Origin: Minisyncoccia bacterium
GTDB lineage: Bacteria > Patescibacteriota > Minisyncoccia > Phycocordibacterales > Phycocordibacteraceae
Direction: 5' to 3'
Length of the DNA: 64,000 nt
Assembly: GCA_041485695.1 (NCBI GenBank)
Contig: JBGPJZ010000002.1
Location: 65,499-129,498 of the forward strand
Under the pieces are notes generated by a model. The model did no database searches and was not told the DNA's origin. It was given only the letters and a program-made list of their open reading frames with translations. This document shows, in pieces, positions 39,639 to 48,321 of the stretch (position 1 is its first letter; each line of letters opens with the position of its first letter). Both the position numbers and the translations under genes were made by a program.

Positions 39639-39881
39639 ATGGCACGAGAATGCGCGATTACCGGTAAATCGACTCAGGTTGGCGGGCGGTACTCCAACCG
39701 TACCCGCGCGACGCAATTCAACCCAACCGGCAAGGTTCGCCGCAAGTCGAACCTTCAACGCCGCAAGATTTTCGTACCTGAACTCAATAAGACGGTCATC
39801 GTCGACGTCTCGGTGAAAGGCCTCCGCACGATTAAAAAGCATGGCGCCTACGCCACTCTCAAGAAAGCCGGCGCGATTTAA
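39639..39881 (+). CDS. rpmB: 50S ribosomal protein bL28
   Basis: MARECAITGK..RRKSNLQ..VSVKGLRTI. Confidence 0.93.
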   Translation: MARECAITGKSTQVGGRYSNRTRATQFNPTGKVRRKSNLQRRKIFVPELNKTVIVDVSVKGLRTIKKHGAYATLKKAGAI

Positions 39882-39887
39882 AAAGAT

Positions 39888-39918
39888 AAAAGTCCCGCGG
39901 TAATCCGCGGGACTTTTG
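39888..39918. terminator. Bidirectional terminator
   Basis: AAAAGTCCCGCGG-taat-CCGCGGGACTTTT. Confidence 0.75.
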
Positions 39919-39933
39919 CATGCAGACGCTTTT

Positions 39934-40026
39934 TCAGCCATAGAGCCGCCTCTCTCTGGCAGCCTTATGATACGGATTCACAAACCAACTCTGCAGCCAC
40001 TGAACAAGCGCACGGGCCTTTTTCAT
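39934..40026 (-). CDS. Putative 30-aa peptide
   Basis: MKKARALVQWLQSWFVNPYHKAARERRLYG; GGGGG SD; ends next to the terminator. Confidence 0.4.
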   Translation of the reverse strand: MKKARALVQWLQSWFVNPYHKAARERRLYG

Positions 40027-40072
40027 GGGAACCCCCTAATCGTTAACCGAACAACGATACTAACACGCGTTC

Positions 40073-40936
40073 TTATCTTTTAGTTACCTTTCGACCGTCC
40101 GACGTGAATATAAGTCGGCCCTGCTCGTCAGTGCGATAGACAGTGGCGCCTTCGTTTGCGACGCGCGAAAGCACTTCAGGCGTCGGGTGGCCGTACGTGT
40201 TATGCGCCCCGACTGAAATCGCGACCGTGCTCGGGTGGAGCGCGGCGAGCCACGCGTCATCGGTCGAGTATTTCGAACCGTGGTGTCCTGCCTTCAATAC
40301 ATCGGTCGGCAACTCTCCATCAGTCGCGTCGAGCTGTACGAGCCAATCCTCAATAATCGACGTGAGGTCTCCCGTAAGCATGAACGATGTCGAGCCGTAG
40401 ACGACGTGCATCGTTATCGAGCCGGAGTTGGTATCAAACTTCGATACGTCGCGGTCGGGGTAGATGATGTCGGCGTACGCACCAGCGCCGAGGTCGAGGC
40501 GCATGCCGCGGCGCGCGATGACGTGGTTCACGCCCGGCTCTGCGGCCGCCGCCGCGACGAGCGCGGCGGCCGCGCGCGTGCCGTCAGGTATCCCCGGCTC
40601 GAAGAAGTTCTTGACCTCGTAGTTCGCGAACACGTCAGGCAAGCCGCCGATATGGTCTTTGTCCGGATGCGTCTCGACGACGGCGTCGAGAGTTCGCTGC
40701 CCTATCGGCAGTACTGCCCCGAGCTCGCGCAAGACCGAGCGGTCGGGGCCTCCGTCTACGAGCATCGTGATGCCGGTCGGCCCCCGCACGAGTATCGAAT
40801 CTCCCTGCCCGATATTTAGGACGGCGACCTCGAGCCCGCGCGGCGCAAGTACGTTGCGAAAGATGAACAGGTCGAGTACCGCGAGAGCCGCAGCCACGAC
40901 AAGCAAGTATTGGCGACCCCACGTGCGGCCTTGCAT
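40073..40936 (-). CDS. ComEC/Rec2-type MBL-fold domain encoded as a separate gene
   Basis: NIGQGDS, DGGP, THPDKDHIGG, KAGHHGS, YGHP and RTD motifs. Confidence 0.92.
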   Translation of the reverse strand: MQGRTWGRQYLLVVAAALAVLDLFIFRNVLAPRGLEVAVLNIGQGDSILVRGPTGITMLVDGGPDRSVLRELGAVLPIGQRTLDAVVETHPDKDHIGGLPDVFANYEVKNFFEPGIPDGTRAAAALVAAAAAEPGVNHVIARRGMRLDLGAGAYADIIYPDRDVSKFDTNSGSITMHVVYGSTSFMLTGDLTSIIEDWLVQLDATDGELPTDVLKAGHHGSKYSTDDAWLAALHPSTVAISVGAHNTYGHPTPEVLSRVANEGATVYRTDEQGRLIFTSDGRKVTKR

Positions 40937-40978
40937 AAATATAAGAACTATAGTATAGTATAGATCGAAACAGTACAA

Positions 40979-41215
40979 ATGGTGGGTATCGTGAAATGCT
41001 TGGAAGAAGCAGTTCGTCAGACTCGAGCCATATTCCCGCACGCAACTCCGCAGGAGGTGACCAGAGACATTGAGGACATCGTGTTGACTGCCCGAGAAGA
41101 AGCGGGCCGAAGATTCCCGACGGATTCGAACGAACAAGAACGATTTATCGAGACGACGGTTTCGGCGGCGGTTCAGCGAGCGCTCGGTTCTCTGACAGGC
41201 CGGATTATGCATTAG
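40979..41215 (+). CDS. Orphan hypothetical protein
   Basis: 78-aa ORF converging on hairpin 41231-41264. Confidence 0.5.
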   Translation: MVGIVKCLEEAVRQTRAIFPHATPQEVTRDIEDIVLTAREEAGRRFPTDSNEQERFIETTVSAAVQRALGSLTGRIMH

Positions 41216-41279
41216 TGCAACAGTGCAACGAAAACGGGCGCTCCTTGCGAGGAGCGCCCGTTTTGTATTTCAGAAAAAT

Positions 41280-41450
41280 CTATTGATAGCCCTCGTTAGC
41301 TGTTCGGGCGCCTTGTGCAGCCTCGTCTTTGCTTTTCCCGAAGTGAGGCATGCCGTGCTTGTCCATCACGTAATAGGCGGGTCCCTCCTCAGCCATTTCT
41401 TCTGCTGCGGCTTCGGCTTCTTTGCTTCGTTTAAACTCTTCCATGCTCAT
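41280..41450 (-). CDS. Small acidic hypothetical protein
   Basis: MSMEEFKRSKEAEAAAEE...; converges on the same hairpin; start uncertain. Confidence 0.5.
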   Translation of the reverse strand: MSMEEFKRSKEAEAAAEEMAEEGPAYYVMDKHGMPHFGKSKDEAAQGARTANEGYQ

Positions 41451-41539
41451 AGTCAAGATGCATTTAAGCATTTAGTAATACGCTCTAAGTATACTGTAGG
41501 CGCTCAAAAACACCAGAGTGCTTTGCTATACTGACAGAT

Positions 41540-42130
41540 ATGACTTACACCGCACGACAATTCAACCTCCCGGCCCTTAAGGGGCTTTCGGAGAAGCAGA
41601 TCAAGGTACACCTCGCGCTCTACGAGGGGTACGTCAAACACGTGAACCTCATCGCAGAGAAGCTAGGGGCGGTGCGTAGCGGCACGCTCGAACTCGACCC
41701 CTACATCGTCGCCGAGCTCCGGCGGCGGTTCGCCTTCGAGTTCGACGGCATGCGCATGCATGAATATTATTTCGAACAGTTCGAGGGGGACAAAGGTGGA
41801 GACCCGGAGTCGGCGCTCGCCAAGGCCGCCGCAGAGAAATACGGGAGCGGAGAGAATTTCCTCACGCATATCAAAGAGGTCGCGGGTACGCGCGGCATCG
41901 GCTGGGTCGTCGTTTACTACGACCCGATCGGCAAAGTGCTTCACACCGTCTTCGTCGGCGATCACGAGCTCGGCCAGCTTGCCGGCCTCCCTATCATCCT
42001 TGCTTTGGACCTCTGGGAGCACGCCTACATGGTCGACTATGTCCCTGCTGAAAAGAAGAACTACGTCGACGCCTTTTTAGATAATGTGAATTGGAGCGTC
42101 ATCGAGTCGCGCTTCGCGAAAGCGATGTAA
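41540..42130 (+). CDS. Fe/Mn superoxide dismutase family protein
   Basis: H..LYEGYV, HEYYF, GIGW and LDLWEHAY motifs. Confidence 0.93.
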   Translation: MTYTARQFNLPALKGLSEKQIKVHLALYEGYVKHVNLIAEKLGAVRSGTLELDPYIVAELRRRFAFEFDGMRMHEYYFEQFEGDKGGDPESALAKAAAEKYGSGENFLTHIKEVAGTRGIGWVVVYYDPIGKVLHTVFVGDHELGQLAGLPIILALDLWEHAYMVDYVPAEKKNYVDAFLDNVNWSVIESRFAKAM

Positions 42131-43554
42131 ATAAGGGCGGCGTACGCGAGGAGCACGAATATAAACGGGAACGCCGGCAGGTGAAGCGCGGCGAATGGGA
42201 GCGCGCTCCCCCACCGTGCGATAGCGATGATGTAGGCCGTGAGCGCGTACCCCGGGAGCGCAAGCGGCCAGCCAGCGGCGCCGAAGATGGCACCAGCGAG
42301 GCCGGCGAGCGCCGCGAGACCCATTGCGGCCGGCATCACCGCGGTTACGAGGAGATTCGCCGGCACCGAGACTATCGAGAAGACGCCGGTCTGGTAGAGG
42401 AGGAGCGGGAGCACTGCAGCCTGTGCGGAGAGCGTCGTCGCGAGCGCGCTACGCCAGAAGGCGTTCTTGATACGCGCTAATTTGAGCTCAATCAAGGGTG
42501 AGAGCCAAATGAGCCCCGCAGTCGCCGCGACCGAGAGGCCGAAGCCGGGGTCGAAGGCGAGGATGAACGGATTCCACGCGAGAACGAGCACGATGATGGC
42601 GAGGAGGGCGCGACCAGCCGCATAGGTGCGCCCGCTTGCGCGCGCATAGAGAGCGATTAGAGCCATAAGCGCGGCGCGGATTGCCGTTGAAGTCGCGCCT
42701 GCGACTGCCACGAAGAGGACGACCGCAATGGCTCCTGCGAGCGCGGCGCTGCCACGGCGAAATCTCAATACACCGATGAGGTACATCACCCATTCGGCGA
42801 CGACCATCACGTTGTAGCCCGAGAGCACGATGATCTGCACGAGCCCGGTCATGATAAATGCGTTTTGGAGTTCGCTCCCGAGCCCGGTCTTGCCGCCGAT
42901 GACGATGCCGCCGGCAAGCGAGGCGTATGGCTCGGGGAGGGCGGCCGAGAGGCCGCCTAAGAATGCGTGCTTCACCTGCGCAAGCGCCGAGGGCACGGAG
43001 TACCACGGAGCGGGCTCGAGGACCTTGAACGAAGCGTTGTTTATCAAGAATCGCACGCCATCTTTTTGCAGGTATTTATCATAGGCGAAGACGCGGCCCC
43101 CTTCATCGGCGCTTGAAAAGGGTTGCGGCAGGGCGAGCGTGCCTGAAACGCTGACCCGCTCCCCCACCGCTACGCCCGGGTAGCGGTCAGCAACCGCAAG
43201 CATCTTTGCACTTTCTCCGTTCGCAGAGACGAACACCGGCACGCGCTGGTTCGTGTCGCGCACATCAGGGTCGCCGACGACGACTCCTTCGTAACTCACG
43301 AAAGTGCCGAGGGTGGTCGCAAAGTGGGGCGGGAGCGGAGTGTCTGCAAGGTGCATCCGTGCAGCACCAAGCGCGAAGGATATAAAAAATAAAGCGCAGA
43401 GCGTGTACGCGAGCCGCGGCCGCGTTTTCGCGGCCGCGGCAAAAATCCCCGCAAGCATGAAGGTGAAGATGATGATCGGCCAGCCAGAAACGAAAAGCGA
43501 GCGGAGTAAGACCCCGCTCGCGAATCCGCCGACAACAGCGAACAGTGTATTCAT
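42061..43554 (-). CDS. comEC: ComEC competence membrane domain (DUF4131/OB plus Competence)
   Basis: TGLVQIIVLSGYNV, RAALM, NPF..DPGFGLS and ANLL motifs. Confidence 0.9.
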   Translation of the reverse strand: MNTLFAVVGGFASGVLLRSLFVSGWPIIIFTFMLAGIFAAAAKTRPRLAYTLCALFFISFALGAARMHLADTPLPPHFATTLGTFVSYEGVVVGDPDVRDTNQRVPVFVSANGESAKMLAVADRYPGVAVGERVSVSGTLALPQPFSSADEGGRVFAYDKYLQKDGVRFLINNASFKVLEPAPWYSVPSALAQVKHAFLGGLSAALPEPYASLAGGIVIGGKTGLGSELQNAFIMTGLVQIIVLSGYNVMVVAEWVMYLIGVLRFRRGSAALAGAIAVVLFVAVAGATSTAIRAALMALIALYARASGRTYAAGRALLAIIVLVLAWNPFILAFDPGFGLSVAATAGLIWLSPLIELKLARIKNAFWRSALATTLSAQAAVLPLLLYQTGVFSIVSVPANLLVTAVMPAAMGLAALAGLAGAIFGAAGWPLALPGYALTAYIIAIARWGSALPFAALHLPAFPFIFVLLAYAALIYIAFAKRDSMTLQFTLSKKAST

Positions 43555-44000
43555 GCCTCGCCCGTGGCCGGGCTACGGCCGAGGGCACCCCGATCCATCG
43601 CTTCGTTGGCCAAGGCGTCGGCGTCGCTGTTCTGCGCACGCGGGACATGTATGAAGGTGACTGATTTGAATGCGCCAGCCTTATGCGCGAGCTTCGCGTG
43701 CTGACCCTTAAGGTTTGGATGCTTCACCTTATACTCCCCCTTCATCTGCTTTACGATGAGTTCGCTGTCCATCTTTACAACTACATCAGTTTTTTCGTGC
43801 TTGCCTTCTCCCACGATACGCGAGAGTTCGTCGAAAGCGAGGATGACCGCTTGGTATTCAGCAAAGTTATTCGTCTGATGGCCCAAGAACTTCGAAACCA
43901 CCGCGACGGTACTGCCGGCTTCATCGCGCACGACGGCGCCCGCGCCCGCGGGCCCCGGGTTCCCTCTCGCCCCGCCATCAGCATGAATCGTAAAATGCAT
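43551..44000 (-). CDS. rnhA: Ribonuclease HI family protein
   Basis: DGGARGNPGPAGAG, TNNFAEY, MDSELIVKQ and HVPRAQN..AD motifs. Confidence 0.92.
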   Translation of the reverse strand: MHFTIHADGGARGNPGPAGAGAVVRDEAGSTVAVVSKFLGHQTNNFAEYQAVILAFDELSRIVGEGKHEKTDVVVKMDSELIVKQMKGEYKVKHPNLKGQHAKLAHKAGAFKSVTFIHVPRAQNSDADALANEAMDRGALGRSPATGEA

Positions 44001-44067
44001 GCGGGCAGTATAGCAAGATACGAACTACCGGCATCCCATAAAGAGGCGCCGGTAGGTGAAACCAGGA

Positions 44068-44646
44068 TTATTTGAATTCAAGAACGAGCCCGCGGAGACC
44101 CAGCAAAATACTTTCTACTGGACGCTCTCCGTTTACTTGATGCAGAAGGCCCTGCGATTCGAAGAATGCACACGCCGTGTCAAGCGCAGCATTTTGCTCC
44201 TTAAGCCGCGCGACCATTTTCTCGAGCGTGTCGCTATCAGGCCGATGTTCTTTTTGTGCACGCGCCTGTTGTCGCCGAAGAGATTCTTCGTCGCTTATGA
44301 CGAGCTCGATGGCTCTGTAAGGCCGTTTAAGCCAAGATACTACCGTGTGGAAGTATTCTGCTTGCCTTTCGCTCCGGCCGAAGCCGTCAAAGATCGCTCC
44401 TTCTTCTGTATTCAGGCTAAGCGCGGCGTTGGAAAACAGGGAGTCGACGAACCACGTGGGCAGCATCTGACCGGTGTCATACACCTTGCGGACTCGCTCA
44501 CCGAGCTCGCTGTGGGAACCACGTATGGCACGAAACATCTCGCCGGAAGCAAAGTGTCGCCACCCGAGTTCCTTCGCGAGGAGCTTCGCTTGCGTCCCCT
44601 TGCCGGCACCTGGCCGGCCGAGGAGGAGTATCGTTTTAGTTTTCAT
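44068..44646 (-). CDS. Second adenylate/NMP kinase
   Basis: GRPGAGKGTQA, SGEMFR and DGFGR; AAGGA SD-like sequence. Confidence 0.85.
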   Translation of the reverse strand: MKTKTILLLGRPGAGKGTQAKLLAKELGWRHFASGEMFRAIRGSHSELGERVRKVYDTGQMLPTWFVDSLFSNAALSLNTEEGAIFDGFGRSERQAEYFHTVVSWLKRPYRAIELVISDEESLRRQQARAQKEHRPDSDTLEKMVARLKEQNAALDTACAFFESQGLLHQVNGERPVESILLGLRGLVLEFK

Positions 44647-44682
44647 GTGAGTAATCCTTCCATTTCGTCTCAAGGCATCAAA

Positions 44683-46344
44683 TCACGACGGCTTCTGTAG
44701 GTCAACGATACGCAGGCGGGGTCGGTTCCTCCGCGAGAACTGGTCGCGCTCGAGGTGGGCGAGGATGTTTGCGCGCGAGCCTTGCGTAAGAGCTCGCGCC
44801 GCCTTCGCGATATCGCCTTTTGCGAAAAAGGTGACGGCCTCAAGCTTCCCAAAGTCGTGGACGATTTCGATTTTTAAGTGTTCGTTGCCTTTCCCGAAGT
44901 ACGAAACCCGCGAAATCGCGCACTCTCTAAGGAGAAACAGCGGTTTCCTATTCTTCTCTCCGAAGGGAGCGAGTCGTTCGACCTTCTCAAGGAGCGAGTC
45001 GTTCGCCTGATGAGCAACAATCTCGACGTCGACGTTGAGAGCCCCTTCGACAGCGAGCGTGCTCGCCGTTTTTTTATGGGCCTCAATGAGACGCTCTTCA
45101 AGATAGAAAACCTGGTCATCTTTCACAGTGAAACCAGCGGACATGGCGTGCCCGCCGAACTCGACAAAAACTCCGTCGGCGGCCGTCATGAGGTTTACGA
45201 CATGTACGGCACCATCAGAGCGGCAGGAGCCCTTCAAGGCTTGGTTGCCCTCCCTGCCCCAAAGAAAGACGGGCCGCTCATACTCTTCAGCAATCCCGTT
45301 TGCGACAAGGCCAAGTAGGCCTGGCCGCCACGCAGGGTCACCAAGCGCGATGATGCTCGGGATACTAGTGCGCGCCTTGAGCCGGTCGTGCACCGCGCGT
45401 GTTATAGCGCCGGCCTGCGCCTTGCGCTCGCGATTCGCCTTATCGAGTTTTTTCGCGAGCGCTTCGGCTTCGGTCTCGTCTTTCGTCGTAAAGAGCTTGA
45501 AGGCTTCGTGGGCGTCGCCCATCCTCGACGCGGCATTCACGCGCGGCGCGATCATAAAACCGACGTCGTCCTCGGTAATCATCGATTGGTTCATGCGCAT
45601 GACGCGGCAGAGTCTTTGCAGCCCGATGCGCGGGGATTTGCGAAGCACTTTGAGGCCGTACTTCGCGAGCACGCGATTCTCGCCCACCAAGGGCATCATG
45701 TCAGCGATAGTCGCGAGACCGACCATGTCGAGGAGCCACTTCTCCCAGCCCGTCGGGACCTTTTCACGGAGCGAGGGGTGGACAGCGAGTACGGCGCAGA
45801 CAAGCTTCCACGCCGTCGCTGCCCCGCAAAGCTCGGGAAAGGGATATGTTTCTCCTTCTTGCTTGTCATCCACCACGATGGCATCCGGGAGGATGTCGCC
45901 AGGGAGATGGTGGTCGGTCACGATGACATCCATCCCGAGCGCTCGCGCTCGCGCGACCGGCGCGATATCCGTAATGCCCGAGTCGGCGGTGACGAGAAGT
46001 TTCACCCCGCTCTCGGCGAGTTTCTCGACGCCCTCGACATTCACGCCATACCCCTCTTCGTGCCGGTGCGGTATGTAAATCTCGAAATTCGCGCCCGCTT
46101 TTTGCAAAAAATCATGGAGCAAAACCGCTGCGGGGATGCCGTCGCAGTCATAATCGGTCCATGCGGCGATTCTCTCACCAGAGAGAATCGCCGCCCCGAG
46201 CCGCTCCGCAGCCTCTCGCATGTTCTTCATCAGTAGCGGGTCGTAGAGGTGGAGGTCGTACGAAGGGTTCAAGAATCTCTCGATGTCTTCTTTCGTCTCG
46301 ACACCGCGATTGCGCAAGAGGAGGAGCGTAAAATCATCCGGCAT
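44683..46344 (-). CDS. recJ: ssDNA exonuclease RecJ
   Basis: DYDCDG, VTDHH, TIADMM, PRVNAASR and GGHAMSAG motifs. Confidence 0.96.
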   Translation of the reverse strand: MPDDFTLLLLRNRGVETKEDIERFLNPSYDLHLYDPLLMKNMREAAERLGAAILSGERIAAWTDYDCDGIPAAVLLHDFLQKAGANFEIYIPHRHEEGYGVNVEGVEKLAESGVKLLVTADSGITDIAPVARARALGMDVIVTDHHLPGDILPDAIVVDDKQEGETYPFPELCGAATAWKLVCAVLAVHPSLREKVPTGWEKWLLDMVGLATIADMMPLVGENRVLAKYGLKVLRKSPRIGLQRLCRVMRMNQSMITEDDVGFMIAPRVNAASRMGDAHEAFKLFTTKDETEAEALAKKLDKANRERKAQAGAITRAVHDRLKARTSIPSIIALGDPAWRPGLLGLVANGIAEEYERPVFLWGREGNQALKGSCRSDGAVHVVNLMTAADGVFVEFGGHAMSAGFTVKDDQVFYLEERLIEAHKKTASTLAVEGALNVDVEIVAHQANDSLLEKVERLAPFGEKNRKPLFLLRECAISRVSYFGKGNEHLKIEIVHDFGKLEAVTFFAKGDIAKAARALTQGSRANILAHLERDQFSRRNRPRLRIVDLQKPS

Positions 46345-46367
46345 GGAGGAATGATACTATGTCGGGG

Positions 46368-46769
46368 ATGGAAGATACTATTTTCGATAAAATCATCCGT
46401 CGCGAGGTACCGGCCGACGTCGTGTACGAAGACGAAAGCGTCATTGCCTTTCTCGACATCAAACCCAACAACCCAGGCCATACGCTCGTCGTACCAAAAA
46501 ACTGGTCGCGCAACATTTTTGATATGGAGGACGCCAATCTGTGCACTCTTATAACGCGTGTCAAAAAAATCGCCCATGCCGTAAAAGAGGCGCTGAACGC
46601 GGATGGCGTCAATATCGCCATGAACAACGAACCAGCGGCCGGGCAAATCGTCTTTCATGCCCACATCCATGTCATCCCCCGTTTTATAGGAGATAACCGC
46701 GAACACAAGACGTACGCCCCCGGCGAAGCCGCTGCTATAGCTGCAAAAATCCGCGCCGCACTTACATAA
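46368..46769 (+). CDS. HIT family hydrolase
   Basis: IFDKII, GHTLVVPK and HAHIHVIPR; start 7 nt after TGaTACTAT. Confidence 0.95.
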   Translation: MEDTIFDKIIRREVPADVVYEDESVIAFLDIKPNNPGHTLVVPKNWSRNIFDMEDANLCTLITRVKKIAHAVKEALNADGVNIAMNNEPAAGQIVFHAHIHVIPRFIGDNREHKTYAPGEAAAIAAKIRAALT

Positions 46770-46825
46770 AAAATGCCGTCGTCGATTTTCACGACGACGG
46801 CAGGTCTCTGTGGACATACGAGCGA

Positions 46826-47128
46826 CTACTCGGCCGCCTCATGAAGTACCGCAGAGGCAAACGGTTCGAAATTCTTTTGCACCTGCTTCTGCACCGCCAG
46901 ACGATACTCGCCCCAGCACATCGGGCTGGTACCGGCATCGCGATATTCTGCACGGCCGTTTTTTGCGAGATCCTTGAACACGAGCTCGACCTCCCCCAGG
47001 GTGAGCTTTCGCCCCAATTCCCTAACGGCATCGGTACGATTGAGCTCATACCCCATATACATTGGCGTCTGATAGTAGCTCTCGAGGCACCGAAACGCTG
47101 CCTCACTCACCTGCTGTGGAATCTGCAT
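46826..47128 (-). CDS. Orphan protein, possible winged helix
   Basis: GGAGAGG SD; LTLGEVELVFKDLAKNGRAEY...EYRL pattern. Confidence 0.55.
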   Translation of the reverse strand: MQIPQQVSEAAFRCLESYYQTPMYMGYELNRTDAVRELGRKLTLGEVELVFKDLAKNGRAEYRDAGTSPMCWGEYRLAVQKQVQKNFEPFASAVLHEAAE

Positions 47129-47186
47129 ACGGCTAACCCTCTCCCTTGGAACCCGCGAGGATAGTACGCTACTACAGCTGAAAAAT

Positions 47187-48311
47187 CTACTGGAGCGCGG
47201 CGATGCCGGGGAGGGTGCCTTTGGCGAGGAAGTCGAGCATTGCGCCGCCGCCGATAGAGATGAACGAGAAGCGGTCGAGTAGATTAATGCGCTCGAGTTC
47301 GGCAACAGTGTCACCGCCGCCGATTACTGAGTAGCTGCTGCTCCCGACAATTGCCTTAGCGACCGTGTCAGTCGTCTCAACATATCCTTTTTCGTACTCG
47401 CCTAAGGGGCCATTCCACAGTACTGCCTTAGACTTTTTCACCAAATCAACAAGGAGCGCCGCAGTACCGGGGCCGTGATCGAGCACCGCTTCATCGGGCG
47501 TAGCGCTGTCGATTGACCCGACTCTCGAACTCCCGTCACTTGTAACAAACCGCCCGTCGATAGGGAGCACGAGATGCGGGTGGGTAAGCAATGTCTTTAT
47601 CTCGTCTCCCGCAGCGTGCGACACCAGAGAGCGCCCGACTGGGTACCCCTTGGCCGCGATAAAGTCATTGGCGAGGGCTCCGCCCACGAAAACCTTGTCG
47701 TACGCCTCTAAGAGTTTCTTGACGACGGGCTCTTTAGTTGAGAATTTCGCGCCACCAATGATTGCGAGCGAAGGACGCAGGGGCGTGAGCGCTTTGGTAA
47801 GTTCGCGCACCTCCTCAAGGAGCTCCCAGCCAGCGTACGAGGGCAAGATGCGGGGAACGCGCATGATAGATGCGTGAGCGCGGTGGCACGTGTCAAATGA
47901 ATCCTGTACGAACACATCAGCCAGTTGAGCGAGTTCGTGCGCGAAAGCGAGGTCGTTGGCCGCCTCTCCTGGGTTACGCCGTAGATTTTCTAACACGAGG
48001 ATGTGGCCCGGGGAGAGCCCGCGAACCGCTTTGCGCGCGAGCTCTCCCGTATTCGCCTCACAAAATGAAACCCCATTGATCAGCTTCGAGAGAGCGTCGA
48101 CGACTGGCTTTAGGGTTTCAGTACCCGCTTCGCCGATATGGCTCGCGACGATGACGCGCGCGCCTTGTTCACTCAAATATTTAAGGGTCGGCAGCGCACG
48201 GCGTAGCCGATGATCATTGCGCACTATCCCTCCCTCAAGAGGAACGTTTAACGCCGCGCGAACGAGGACGGGAATGGTGTGGAGTACCGGTATCTCTTTA
48301 AATGAACGCAT
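47187..48311 (-). CDS. pgk: Phosphoglycerate kinase
   Basis: LENLR, HRAHAS, GGAK, WNGPLG, GGGDT and SIGGGA motifs. Confidence 0.95.
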   Translation of the reverse strand: MRSFKEIPVLHTIPVLVRAALNVPLEGGIVRNDHRLRRALPTLKYLSEQGARVIVASHIGEAGTETLKPVVDALSKLINGVSFCEANTGELARKAVRGLSPGHILVLENLRRNPGEAANDLAFAHELAQLADVFVQDSFDTCHRAHASIMRVPRILPSYAGWELLEEVRELTKALTPLRPSLAIIGGAKFSTKEPVVKKLLEAYDKVFVGGALANDFIAAKGYPVGRSLVSHAAGDEIKTLLTHPHLVLPIDGRFVTSDGSSRVGSIDSATPDEAVLDHGPGTAALLVDLVKKSKAVLWNGPLGEYEKGYVETTDTVAKAIVGSSSYSVIGGGDTVAELERINLLDRFSFISIGGGAMLDFLAKGTLPGIAALQ

Positions 48312-48321
48312 GTGAGGCTGG

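Noticed and set aside
28560-39918. Similar AAAGTCCC...GGGACTTT hairpins (28560 and 39888) as integron attC sites
   Set aside because: Perfect short hairpins with A/T tails fit bidirectional terminators; there are no RYYYAAC/GTTRRRY cores and no integrase in the window.
30521-41212. Long N-terminal extensions in the ORF track for rplC, tuf, fusA and the ComEC MBL gene
   Set aside because: They come from upstream alternative starts that run through promoters; homology begins at the downstream ATGs.
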